A DNA stretch of 64,000 nucleotides from Ginglymostoma cirratum. Taxonomy: Eukaryota. Position 1 is the stretch's first letter; every line of letters starts with the position of its first letter. Under the pieces are notes generated by a model that was not told the DNA's origin, did not search any database, and was given only the letters and a program-made list of their open reading frames with translations. Location of the stretch: contig JAHRHZ010000082.1 of assembly GCA_024137785.1 (NCBI GenBank), positions 901,442 to 965,441 on the forward strand. Direction: 5' to 3'. Below are positions 12,761 to 24,545 of the stretch, one piece after another. The translations under genes were made by a program, and so were the position numbers.

Positions 12761-13531
12761 TTGCCTCTTTATTACCATGGAACGTTGGGCTAAATGGCTG
12801 TGTAATTCTATATAATTATTTGGTGCAGATACACAATGCAGAATGTCCATGGTCCTTCTATTTCAATTCAAGCTTTCAACTGTACTAACTTTTGGCTATT
12901 AGAACCACTCAGATGTTAAGTATTGGTCCTTGTGCAGCAAATGAAGTCTGTTCAGTGAAGCCAGAGACAGTTGTCCCCTGACTCCTGAATATATTCCACT
13001 GGTGCATGAATGCAGGCCCCACACACAAGTGATGGGTACAGGCTGAATGCTGTTCAACTTGGTGGTCTCACTTCTCCAACTGAAGCATTCAGGACACAAC
13101 CTAACAAAGAATACCTATGCTCAGCACTTTGTATGGTGCCATTTAAATCATCTCAAAACCAAGAATATTGGCAAAAGTGAAAAGGTGGCATAATTCCCAG
13201 CCAAAGCAGTTATTTACTACCATTTGCCTTGTGTAATAGGTAGCTGGAAGAAAAAATATTTTTCTACTACCAATACATTGGTCTGCCTTCTGAAAGCTCC
13301 TTTACATAAATGTGTGCATTTAAATGAGTACTTTGCATACCAGTACTGTGGCCTCAATTTCACTTCTGAAACTGCTGGTCGGGACATCTGGTAAATGTGG
13401 CTGAAGACCCACACTTGCTTTAGTTTAGGTTCTTATGGCAGTGACCAGTATAAGACTGGAATATTGTTCTTACTATGTTCAAGTGACTTGGAAGGACTGT
13501 TTTAAAATACAGAACACTAAGACAAAGTTTC

Positions 13532-13556
13532 TATATATATATATATATATATATAT
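13532..13556. repeat. (TA)n microsatellite
   Basis: About 12 TA units. Confidence 0.95.
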
Positions 13557-15127
13557 TTTTATCCAAATCTACCATGTATATATAACTACAAAATATAGAA
13601 CTTGGAGCACTTCAAACTTCAAAAAATAGCAATACTTCAGCAAAGATAACAGTACGTCCATACAATCAGATAAAACAGTGAAAACCCAATTAGATCAAAC
13701 CATTAAGATAGAACAAAGCTGCAATCTGAAGCAAACTGTGATCTCTGTGGGTTTTGAGTAGAACAGTACCAATGTTTTTTAGTACAGTTTCCAATACTTA
13801 TTTGTGGTCAAGCAAGCATTCATAATTCCTGAACAAAGTGACATCATTTCTTGGTTATATGTACACACGCATACAGACACGCGTGCACACACACACACAC
13901 AAAACACAGCAAATTCACAAGTTCCAGGTCTTTTTGATTATAAGGAGTAGTCCCAGTTCTGATATTTTGTTAGTTTGAAAAAACATCCTGAGCCTGAAAA
14001 AAAAAACGGTGTACACATGTAGATTTAGCGCAGTGCTCATGATCAGAATCATCAAAGGTAAAATCATTAAGTGGGATATTTGCTACTGAATAAGAGCATG
14101 TAAACATATTCTGCAACTTAGGAAGTTTTTTTTGTGCATAGAAGCCAAACCATACCTGTCCACTCCAATTTGTACCATTTTACAGAAGTCGTTCTTTGTG
14201 ACATTTCTTAAAGACTGTGGTTTGGAAATACCATATTGAAACCATAAACCTCCATTGCAAAAATGTCTGGTCTAATTAAAATATAGACCACAGGCTCAAA
14301 GCAGTAACAGCTCAGTCAGTCAATCTTCAGATTTAACAATAAAGCCATCAGAAATACATTTAAATGATTAAAAACTCTGAAGTAACTGGATTCTCCTTTA
14401 AATTTGTTAGCTGGAACATGGCAAAACAAATTGCTGCCACATGACACAATTAGATTGGACATTAATACACAGAGTGACAGATTCACGGAGTTTACAGACA
14501 GACACCAAATTTGAAATGTTTGGTTAGTTTCCTCCTTGAGGTTAAAAAGGCCAGTATCTGTGTTAATGACAATTACTCACACATGGTAAAACCTTGCATT
14601 ATAAAAATATTTTGAATGTAATGAAACTCCCAGCATTCAAATGGATTAGTAACTACTTTTTTTCCTCAATGAGATTTTCTGAAGTGTTGCTTCAACCCTT
14701 TGAGGACATCATGTCCTTTGCAAATTTATGTATTTTCTATTGTCTAGTTTACGTAAAATGTTAAAAAGTGGATTCTATTTTCAGACGTACAAATTTTACT
14801 ATAAAACAGGAAGCAAAAAGAGACATAACTCATCTTAACATGTTCACAACTGACATCAGATTAGGAGGTCCAACACAACGCTCTTGACACTTGCTTTATG
14901 GGAGATTACAGTGGGAGATATTTCTCTTCACCTTCCATGAAGTGATCAAGAATTCACTCCACTAATACCAGAATATTGCTGTAACCCCAGTCCTCTCATC
15001 TTCTTCTTCCTACCCTGAAAGTGCTATGTTTCCCTGGGGTACAGTACAGTACATGTAACAGCTCAGGCAGAGTCTAAAGGCTCAGATTGAAAAGGGCAAT
15101 TTGCAGAGTCTGATTCTGCCATGATCT

Positions 15128-15552
15128 CTAAGAGATTGGATAAACTGAGGTTGTTTTCCTTGGAGTATAGAAGAATGGGGGGGGGGGCATGTTTGAGATC
15201 TGAAATTAGGAGCAGCACAGACAGGAAGAAACTTTTCCCCTTGGTGAATGGATAAATAACTGGGGGCACCAATTTACAGTAAGGTGCAGTGAGAATTAGA
15301 GAGAATGTGAGGAACTTTTTTTTCCACCCAGAGGATGGTGGAAATCTAGAACTCACTGCCTGTAAGGGTGGTACAGGCAGAAACCTCCATAACATTTTAG
15401 GAAGTATTTAGATATATACTTGTGATGCCTAGGCATACAGGGGTATCGGCCAAGTGCTAGAAAATGGGACTAAAATAGTTAGGTGGTTGAATTTGATTGG
15501 TGCTGTTTCAATGGACTGAAGGGCCTTTTTCTGTGCTATAGACCTCCATGAC
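15128..15552 (+). mobile_element. CR1 LINE 3' fragment
   Basis: Degenerate CR1 ORF2 end and tail GGACTGAAGGGCCTTTTTCTGTGCTATAGACCTCCATGA. Confidence 0.75.
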
Positions 15553-18500
15553 ATCATACGCATAGCTTTCCTGCAATGGTCACAAGAGAGTGACTGGCAA
15601 TTGTTATTTCTGGCTTTTTTCTCCCTTCCATACCTTGTGGAGAAAGGGAATAATTGTGGCCTCTAACTTGCTGGCTGACTGACATCAACCAACCTATCTT
15701 AGGTTACTGCTAACCTCTCACACTACTAATCAAATAACATGCGATAGAAGTAAATCTGTTTGATAAAATGGCCTGCCCCATATCTTAAAGTGCAGATCAG
15801 ATCTGACATGGCGGACCACCTTTCTATTGTCCTTAAGGGACACGACTTGAATCAAATAGGCACTGTCCCCTTCGTCTGGTTCAACCCCTTCAAACACTGT
15901 AGAAAGCTTTTATTTTCAGACCAGAGATGGTGGAATCCTCTGGCACAAGAACTGCAATGTTAAGAAAATAATTAACAACTGAAAACTGCTCACAGGTTTA
16001 AACTTATCTACATTGTCATCCAGCATGACTAGCCATGCACACAAAATAAACCAAACAGGTTAGAGACTACACTTCTCCATAAACTGATCTTCCTGTTTTA
16101 CTCAGAAAACAAGTTAAAGATGATCAATAAATAGAGGACTTTTTGAACTAGTTTATGTTAAATCTATCATCTGTGATTTGTGCAGGCAATCCATAATTAC
16201 CTACAGTTCACATGCATTTTTTTTTGGCCAAGTCACAAATACCCCTTCCACGGCCACAAGTCCTTAAATGAGACTTGAACCCCAGATCCTCTGGCTCAGG
16301 AGGCAGGGACCCTACTCTATGATTTGCACAATACTTAAAAATGCCAGGATGTGACAAGACTGTAAAGTCTGAGCTTGTAGGAGACACCAACAGTGTATCG
16401 TGAATTGCTCACCTGTCCTTTATTAACCTTAATGGGAACCACAGACTGCACATGCAACAAGATGGACAATCTAGTAATACTAGATTTGCGACCGTGCTAA
16501 AGTTGAAACACCAACGTATCCAACTTGAAAAGGATACACTTTTCAATCTGTAGAATAGGATCCTCTAGAACTTCACTGGCAAAAAGTACCACAGACTTTT
16601 TAAATTAAAAAAAAAGTAAAATTCAGAGAAAAGAAAATGCTGGGAGCGAAATTGATGAATTCAGTTAATGGAATGTTTTCACTAGGTTTGTGCAGAAAAG
16701 GGATGGTTATGAATGACAGGATGATACCAAAAACAAACAAGTACTAAAAAGAAACTAGCTTTATATATATCAAATTTTCTACATGGACACTTCGTATTAA
16801 AAGAACACAGTGCAGAAATGTTCAGGTAGTCCTCAAAGTGTGTAAGAGACACTAAGGGCTAGGTTTTCGACTTAATGCCCAGGCAGTAGTCTGTATTGCA
16901 TATCAAGTGTCCACTATAGAACCTGAAACCAATTAAAATACAAATTCAATAGGTTCCCTGGGTAAGTTGCAAATCTAAACCCTCATGCATTGGTTCATTA
17001 GAGATAGCAATTAAGAATCATCCAAAATCAAATCTACCTTTGTTATCCTAAGTGTTTGCATCTATAAAATCTTAAGCTTTCGTCCATGCTGGCAAAGGTG
17101 CACTTTAATGGTTTCCACAGTGGTTCTGTTGCAGACAAGCAAAGGCAATTGAGGGTGTTTTCTTATCCATTTCCTTAATTTTCATTCAATGCATCTCATC
17201 AGTCATTTAGTCAAGTCTACAATACAATTGCTGACAATGCAGTAGTTTAGAAGAACTTGGTCGGAATGGAGTCAAAATTCAACCTCAGTATAAGTGCAAA
17301 ATGGTAGGTAGCACATCATTATTATATACTGAAGCTAAAAGAAATTAAAATTAGACAGGGTGAATTACTGCCAGAAATTCACTCCCATCAGTCTTACATC
17401 CCACTGAATTATTTAAAGTCTTGAAATCTGTTATACATTATCTCCGAAACTACCTATTTGTTACCACATATGGGGATAATATTAAGCATTCTCAGGCTTT
17501 TTCAGATCCTCATCCTAGGATCAGACTTTATTTAATTTCCACCTTTTGGTTAATCAGGCGTTTGAGGAGCAGTTTGAGGCAAATACCTACCTGTAAGTCT
17601 CAGAACATGTGCAATCGCACCAAGATTGTATTTTCAATCTATTTGTTTCTTCCTTGGCAATACACAATTCTGTCTGTCATATGGTCAAAACATTTAAAAT
17701 ACACAAGCTAGCTGGTGCAAAACTTAAAACATTTCCCTTATTGTGTGACTAATGAACCTGGTTGTACCCTTTTTAAGATTCATCATCAATCAATTAGAAG
17801 GGTTTTTTTGTAAAAGGTGGTTTGGTCCCCTTGAATCCACATTTAAAGATGAAGTAATCTCGGGATTGGGCACTGATAACCTGGCTATGTTGAACTGGTG
17901 CAACATAACCACTAATATTGGAAAATAAAGTGAAAAGATTTAATTAGGAGTTATGTAGAAATCAAGAACACTATTGAAGTGAATTCAAGTAGAAATAAAG
18001 CAGGCTTCTTTCTCAGAATATTGATGTCTGTATGTGAACATTAGTAAAAAGCATGGATCTTCACGTTTACTTGATAATGTAATCAATTAAGTTAGAATTG
18101 CTTTTACTGACAGTATACTGCAGTGTATTCAAGCGTCAGAACACAGTCCATAGTGAAACATTGATTCGAGCTCTCCATCTGTTGAGTACCTCATTTAACA
18201 GGTCACTATTGGGAGGAATCTTTTTAGGACAAAAGGCCACTTTTCCACAATTCCCATGAAGAATCCATTTAAAATAATTATTTAGTCAGACACACATGAT
18301 TTGGTAAGAAACAGAATGATTGTTTTAATACACTAGGAAAAATAGAACTAGAATTAAAAAGTCTTCATAGGTCAGTTTCATTTTGCAGTACGAGGTGTCA
18401 GCTTTGTGTATGAAACTATTTGAATCACAGTTGGGTCGACTGGCATCAGGCCAATATCAACAACTACCAAGTTTGGAAAAAAAGTCTTTGTTTTTATTCA

Positions 18501-19085
18501 TAACCTTTTAAGTTCACTACATACTAGCAACTTGGCTACTTTCTTAATTGTTATTAAATTTAGACAATGGAAGTCTGCATTTAAAACTCAGAAGTAGTAT
18601 TAACATGGAGCTAAAGCTAATGCGGGCGTTGACGTTCTCTTTTAGAAAATTTTTAACACTTGCTGCTTCACTGAGTATCTGCCACTCCTATAAGTTATGG
18701 AAACCAGCGTTTGTGACCAATACTGTGAGCCATACTGCAGACGTACTGTTGTCATTAATTGAGTTGTTAGCTGAAATTGCTTTGTGCAACATACCTCCTT
18801 CCTATTCTATGGAATTCCAATCTGTAGATTTGATTTTTCAGAATGTCCTTAAAGCATCTCTACAATTTCAACAGATACCGTTACATTGAAAAAACCTTTG
18901 TGAAAGACACACATGAATGACGAATGCAAGGCAGCAATTTAAACAAAAACAAATCACAAAACTATTCTGCACAATAGACTACTCTTACCATTAAACATGG
19001 ATATTCCTCACATTTCTAAATAAATATACAAACTTGTTTCTCTTGACCTTTTGTAAACATTCTGTTTCTTCCTTCACTGAAAACT

Positions 19086-19360
19086 TCATACACTCGTTTC
19101 TGGTGTGGGTAAAATTTCACCATTTTTTCCAGTCTCATCTTTTAAGAATTGCTCCACCTCTATGGAATCCACCGCTTCTGGTTCCTTTGGTCTTTCCCCT
19201 TCTTCCACATTTTCCTTTTGTTCTTTTACAGGTGACTCAGGTTTACTTTTACGTAAACAAAAGAAGTTTCCAAGAGCCAATACAATGGCAGACAGGACTA
19301 CTTCACACCCAGCCAAATAGAAAACATACGTGAAATTCTTAGTGGCATCAAACAATTTTC
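19086..19360 (-). CDS. SLC16A3: MCT4 last coding exon (275 nt including stop)
   Basis: GKLFDATKNFTYVFYLAGCEVVLSAIVLALGNFFCLRK...EVEQFLK...TPETSV*. The tail matches MCT4 rather than other SLC16 paralogues. Acceptor cttgttacag. The four exons sum to 1422 nt = 473 aa plus stop. Confidence 0.96.
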
Positions 19361-20010
19361 CTGTAACAAGTAAAAAAAATGAACAGAAATTCAACACATT
19401 TACTTGAAATCCAATCAAGTCAGTAAATCACATCATTCAGGCCAAAACTTACTACACTCTATCCTGGAAAAAGCCCATTTTGCCTGCAACTCCAAGAAGT
19501 AAACAGACACACTACAGCAGACCATGAGTGTTCTAAATGACTTCCCGAATGCGCACCGCTTCTCTTGGCTAGTTACCGAAAAAATCATGTGTCCAAATCC
19601 CTCTTGGGAAGGAAATCAGAAAAGGAGACCATTTAACTCTCATGGACTGTATTTAGGACTTGCAGAGGTGATGGCGAGTAAGAATTTAGAAAAAAGAACA
19701 AATTGCAGGAACAGAAACTTTTTTTTTGCCACAACAGGTCATAGAACTCCTCGTTTTTTTCTTTAAAAGAAGTTATACATCTGTAACTCTGAATACCAAC
19801 TATGTTTTATGCTAATTGCTTTGGTCATTGCACTGAAGGAGGACCACTGCTGACTGGGATTACTCATTTGAACTGACACAATGAAAACCTAAATGTCTCA
19901 AATGATAATTGACAAATGGCATTCAATATGCATATCATGTTTTTCTAGGGTTTTTACTTCTATACTATAAGAGAAGATTCAAGCAAGTCTCTTCCCACAA
20001 ACACAGTTGT

Positions 20011-20059
20011 AGACAGACAGACACACACAGACAGACACACACAGACAGACAGACAGACA
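20011..20059. repeat. Compound (GACA)n/(CA)n microsatellite abutting a splice donor
   Basis: AGACAGACAGACACACACAGACAGACACACACAGACAGACAGACAGACA directly next to CTTAC. Confidence 0.95.
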
Positions 20060-20064
20060 CTTAC

Positions 20065-20844
20065 CTGCTCCTGGAGGACCAACCAAGACTGCCATGGCTT
20101 CAATCAGCAATACAAGTCCAATGGCACTGGCAAACTTCTCAGTTCCAACGATCGCCATCAAGACCTCAAACTGCAGCGCTCCGACCATTCCATAGGACAT
20201 TCCAAAGAAAATGCAAAACACCGTCAGACCAACATAATCACGAGCAAAGGAGCCTCCTAGATCAGTAATTCCATTGAAAATCATAGCAAAGCTGAAAAGA
20301 TACACACAGCGAGGCCGGACAACCTTCAGCCCAGCAACGATACCACTAAGAGGTCGAGCAAATATATCAACAAAACCCAAGATCGACAACAAGAAAGCAG
20401 CATCTGTGTCTGGCACTCCTGTATCTTTTGCATAGTTAACTATGAACACGGGAGGAACAAAAAGACCGAAGACCATGATGGAAGCTGCTACGGTGTATAT
20501 CAGGAAGCCTCGATCCTTAAAGACAGTGAAATCCAGAAGTTTCTTTTTCTTCTTCCGCTTCTCTGTTTCCTTTGCTTGTTCTATAATTTCCTTTTCTTTA
20601 CGGCTTGGTTTCAGGGGTCTCATCAGGGCTGCACAGGCACAGCAGTTCAGCAGTAGACCCCCAAGAATGAGGAAACCTCCTCGCCATCCATAAACTTTAG
20701 ACAGGATCTGACCCAATGGAGAGAGGCAACACAGGAACACGGGGCTCCCAGCTGCAGACAAGCCATTTGCCAATGGGCGACGCTTGTCAAAATAAAGGTT
20801 TACCATGATGAGAGATGGTTGAAAGTTCAAGGCCAGACCAAGAC
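20065..20844 (-). CDS. SLC16A3: MCT4 coding exon 3 (780 nt)
   Basis: [29 protein letters not shown]...VDIFARP...LVGPPGA, including the MCT motif [11 protein letters not shown] and the TM8 D/R pair. Acceptor ttcattgcag and donor GTAAG at 20064-20060. Confidence 0.97.
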
Positions 20845-21957
20845 CTGCAATGAAAACAAAAACATAATTCCACTGGTTAAGCAGTTTTTTAAAAAAAGTT
20901 AAGGCACTATTTACAGTTAAGTGAAATAATGAATTAAAACCAAAACACAGGTCCCAAGCTATTTCGGGGGAGGATTCTCAAACACAATTTGACATCAAAC
21001 AACATGATAAGGTATTAGGACAGATGACAAAAAGGTTGGAAAAAAGGAGCTTCAAAACGAAAGAGAGGTAGAGATAATTGGGAAGGGAACACCAGCACCC
21101 ATGTTATAGAAAATACAGTCAGTGGATGGGTTAGAATTTGGGGCGACAGAATTGAAGGACAGAGATCTCGAAGAATGGTATGGCTGAAGGAGGTTAGCAA
21201 AACAGAGAGGGCCGTATGGAGAGATGTTAAAAACAGAATGAGACTTTTAAAATTGAGGCATTACCAAGCCAGAAGCCCATGCAAGTCAAGAGCATGGGTG
21301 CCAGGTGAAAGGGACTTGGTGCAAAATAGGATGCTGGCTGCAGAATTTTAGATGTTAAGTTCATGCAAGGTACCTTCAAAATATGACCAAGACAAAACGA
21401 TTGGTACTGCATTTCAAGCAGCCAATGTACAGTTTCAACAATAAACTTTCTAAGGGAACTCATTTCAAGTACATATTTGAAAGATATTCCTAGGTTATTG
21501 CGGAAAGAGCAGGAGATTAGGACTAATTGGACTCTTACAAAGGCACAGAGCCAAATATTCTTCCTGTCTGCTGCATGATTATGTGAATCTCTACAATAAT
21601 GAAACGTAAACTGATTAGAACCACAGTAACTCAAAAATCTCTGTGTAATGAAAAGAAGGTGTACTTTTTCCAGTTTAGGTAGTTTCATATCATTCATAAA
21701 GTTTCACTTTAAGATATAATTTGAGGTACTTAAACCATCAGGAGTTGTAGTGACTTGAGACATAATGTTTTATTGTAGAAATTAAACAGAAAATTTCGGA
21801 AATATTTGGCATGTCAGGCAGCAGCTATGAAGAGTGAAAAACTTCATCTCTCCATAGCTACTGCCCAACTTGCTGGGCGTGTCCAGCATTTTCTGTTTTA
21901 TTTCAGATTTCCAGGAATATTTTCTTTAAAAAAGAAAAGAAGACTGGTGTTTCTTAC

Positions 21958-22101
21958 CAGTGATAACGCCAGCAGTTAAATAGAGCTGGATGATGCTGGT
22001 GCACAGTGAGGCAAGTATCATACCTCCTGATGCAAACAGGCCTCCTACCATCATAACAGGACGACAGCCAAAGCGATTCACCAGAATACTGCACAAAGGC
22101 C
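21958..22101 (-). CDS. SLC16A3: MCT4 coding exon 2 (144 nt), not in the ORF track
   Basis: Read manually: (G)[47 protein letters not shown](G), containing the MFS loop motif NRFGCRP. Acceptor tttatgcag and donor GTAAG at 21957-21953; phase 1 on both sides. Confidence 0.96.
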
Positions 22102-23629
22102 CTGCATAAAAGACAGGAGGAAGAAAATTACTCAGCTGACTACTGGAGAAGGAAGAACTTTCAAGGATTTAGTTTAGTCTTTTGTAAAGACTCTGACACC
22201 ACAGCAAAACTCAAAGTCGAATCAAAGATCCATTGTCCAACATTACAGAGTTACAAACTTAAATGCTTGATTGCAAACAACACATTTTGCCAAACATTCA
22301 CTTGGGTCAATTGTGTAACAATGACATTTATTAAACTAGCTAAAGGACAAAGAGCAATTCCGCAGTAGACCACTGAGAATGAAAGGAATATTTCAAGCTG
22401 CAGTGATTATGAGTTTAGGTTTAATGCTAAGTCTTAGCTTCAACAGCTTGTCGTTACTGGAAGAAGGAATAAGTTTTGGAATTTTAAAGTCCTTAAGAGC
22501 AACTTACAGTGTTTGTAAAATAGAGTAAGTAGTGTAAGAGTGATTGACAGCACAAGAAAGAAAAAGGGTTGATTAGCAAGGATATGAGAAGCATTAGTTT
22601 ACTTTATACAGTATTTTCACAATGCACAGAATGTGTTTTCACCTTCTGCAATCTTAAGCTTCAGACTTGAATCTAAACCTAGTTTAGATTCTTCAAATTC
22701 TGTATGACAATTTTCTAAAAGTCATGGATGATACTGGTGTTGTGAGGAATATAAGCCATCCAACAGGTTATCTTGTTAGTGAATCAGACTGAAGATGGGA
22801 AAATTAACAGCATATTAAAAGTAGGTGAATGCAATGTCAAAGTTGGTATAAAAAGGAAGAGAAATAAAGGGCAAAATTCTAACTGCTGGGGTTAAAGGAC
22901 AGGAGAATGGCTGGGATGAGGCGGTCACGGCGGAGGGGGGTGGTGATGATACAGTGTTCTGATGCAGATGTGGGGTTAAAGGCTCAACCAATGTTGTTGA
23001 GTTGGGAACTCATGTGGGTTTGCAAGCAACTAGGAGTTCCTGTAAAGGACATGAAATCAAAATTCCCAGCAAACTAGAGATTTAATACACCATTCTGGTC
23101 ATGTGTGGAATTTGCTAGGATCAATCACAGCAGGACGCAGAGGGTAGTCTGTGTACTGGCTGGGAAGTCTTCAAAACAGTGAAGTGCTGCTGCCACACCC
23201 ACATGAGAGGTTGGAGCTCACAGCCTTTCTTCTGAAAGTTTACATTCTCTGCTTGACAATTGTTGGAAGCCACTTTGCTCATCTTGGATGTGAACTCATC
23301 TCAAGTTGCAATTCTCAGCCGTCTGCCTTCACTACAGATTTGAAGCAGCTTTTGCTGCTCTACCTGGACCTCTGATGAGGAACAGGAGGAGCAGCAACAG
23401 CAAAAATAATAGCGTCATGAGAAGCAACACCAGCTGCTTTTTCCTTAGATACAAGCCCCTCCCCAGGGCAGTCACAGGGATCCAATTTTAAGACAACAAG
23501 AGCCACAGCATGTGGACCATGGGCAAAGCCATTTTCTATGTATCTCAGAAAGCTTAGACTCTAACAGGTAATGGCTGATATCTACCAGATTAGTTGGCCT
23601 CAGCTACTTACAATCTAGATCTAGAGTTT

Positions 23630-24545
23630 AGATGAGGGGATCACATGTCATATATCGGAGTTTGCTGACGAGGCAAATTAGGTCGGCATGTAAACTGGAA
23701 GGAAGCTGCAAACAGATATCAGAAGTTTCAGTGAGTTGGTAAGAAACTAACCAGTAGAACATGATGTGAAGTAGTATGAAGTTATCCACTTTGGCTGAGA
23801 AAGCAGAAAACAAAATGGTGAGCAACTGCGAAATTCTGGCATTCGGAAAGGCTTGGAGATCCTTAGACACGAATCATAGAAAGTTAACATGCAAGTACAG
23901 CAAGCAAGCAAGCAGCACATTATCTTTTATTGCAAAGAGATTGGAGAGCAAGAGAAAAGAAATCTTACAAAAATGATATAAGGCCTTATTCAGAAAACAG
24001 TCCACAGTAATGTTTAGTCTTTGAATCCTTGCCAGGGAGAATGATTGCCTTAGAGGGAGTGCCACAAAGACATACTAGACTGATCACTGACAGAACCACT
24101 ATGATGAAACACTGAGTAGGTTAGGCCTAATTTTATAATATCTATGATCATTTGTGTAATTTTTATTCTGAGTTAATGATTCATTTACTGAACATCCTGA
24201 TAATTTTCTAGTTGCCAAGCAATCAAGGCCAGTGCAACATTTTTATGACTATATCCCCAAGACGTTAATAATGAGGTAGTCTAACTGAAGCCAGACAATT
24301 TATACCTAGGGGTCACAGTCTAAGGTCAAAGGGGACCAAACTGAGGGGAAATGTAAAATTCTTACGCCTTCGAACTGTGCAAGCTCAGTTACAGAATACT
24401 TTCTGTACGGTGGTTCATAGATGTTTGGATACTCAGGGAATGAAGAAATATGCAGACAGTGCAGCAAGGTAGAGCTGATCTTACTGAATAGTAGAGCAGT
24501 CTTGGGGGCTGAATAGTCAAATCCTTTCCATATTTCTCATGTTGA
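23630..24545 (+). mobile_element. Old degraded CR1 LINE fragments
   Basis: AGTTTGCTGACGA (FADD), CAGTAGAACATGATGTGAAGTAGTATGAAGTTATCCACTTTGG and a CR1-type tail GGGGCTGAATAGTC. Confidence 0.6.

Noticed and set aside
19034-20693. Plus-strand ORFs overlapping SLC16A3 exons
   Set aside because: Antisense shadows of the coding exons with no independent protein signature.
22669-22691. Small perfect hairpin GAATCTAAAC-CTA-GTTTAGATTC (similar one at 16468-16486)
   Set aside because: Arms of 9-10 bp in AT-rich DNA can arise by chance; no supporting context.
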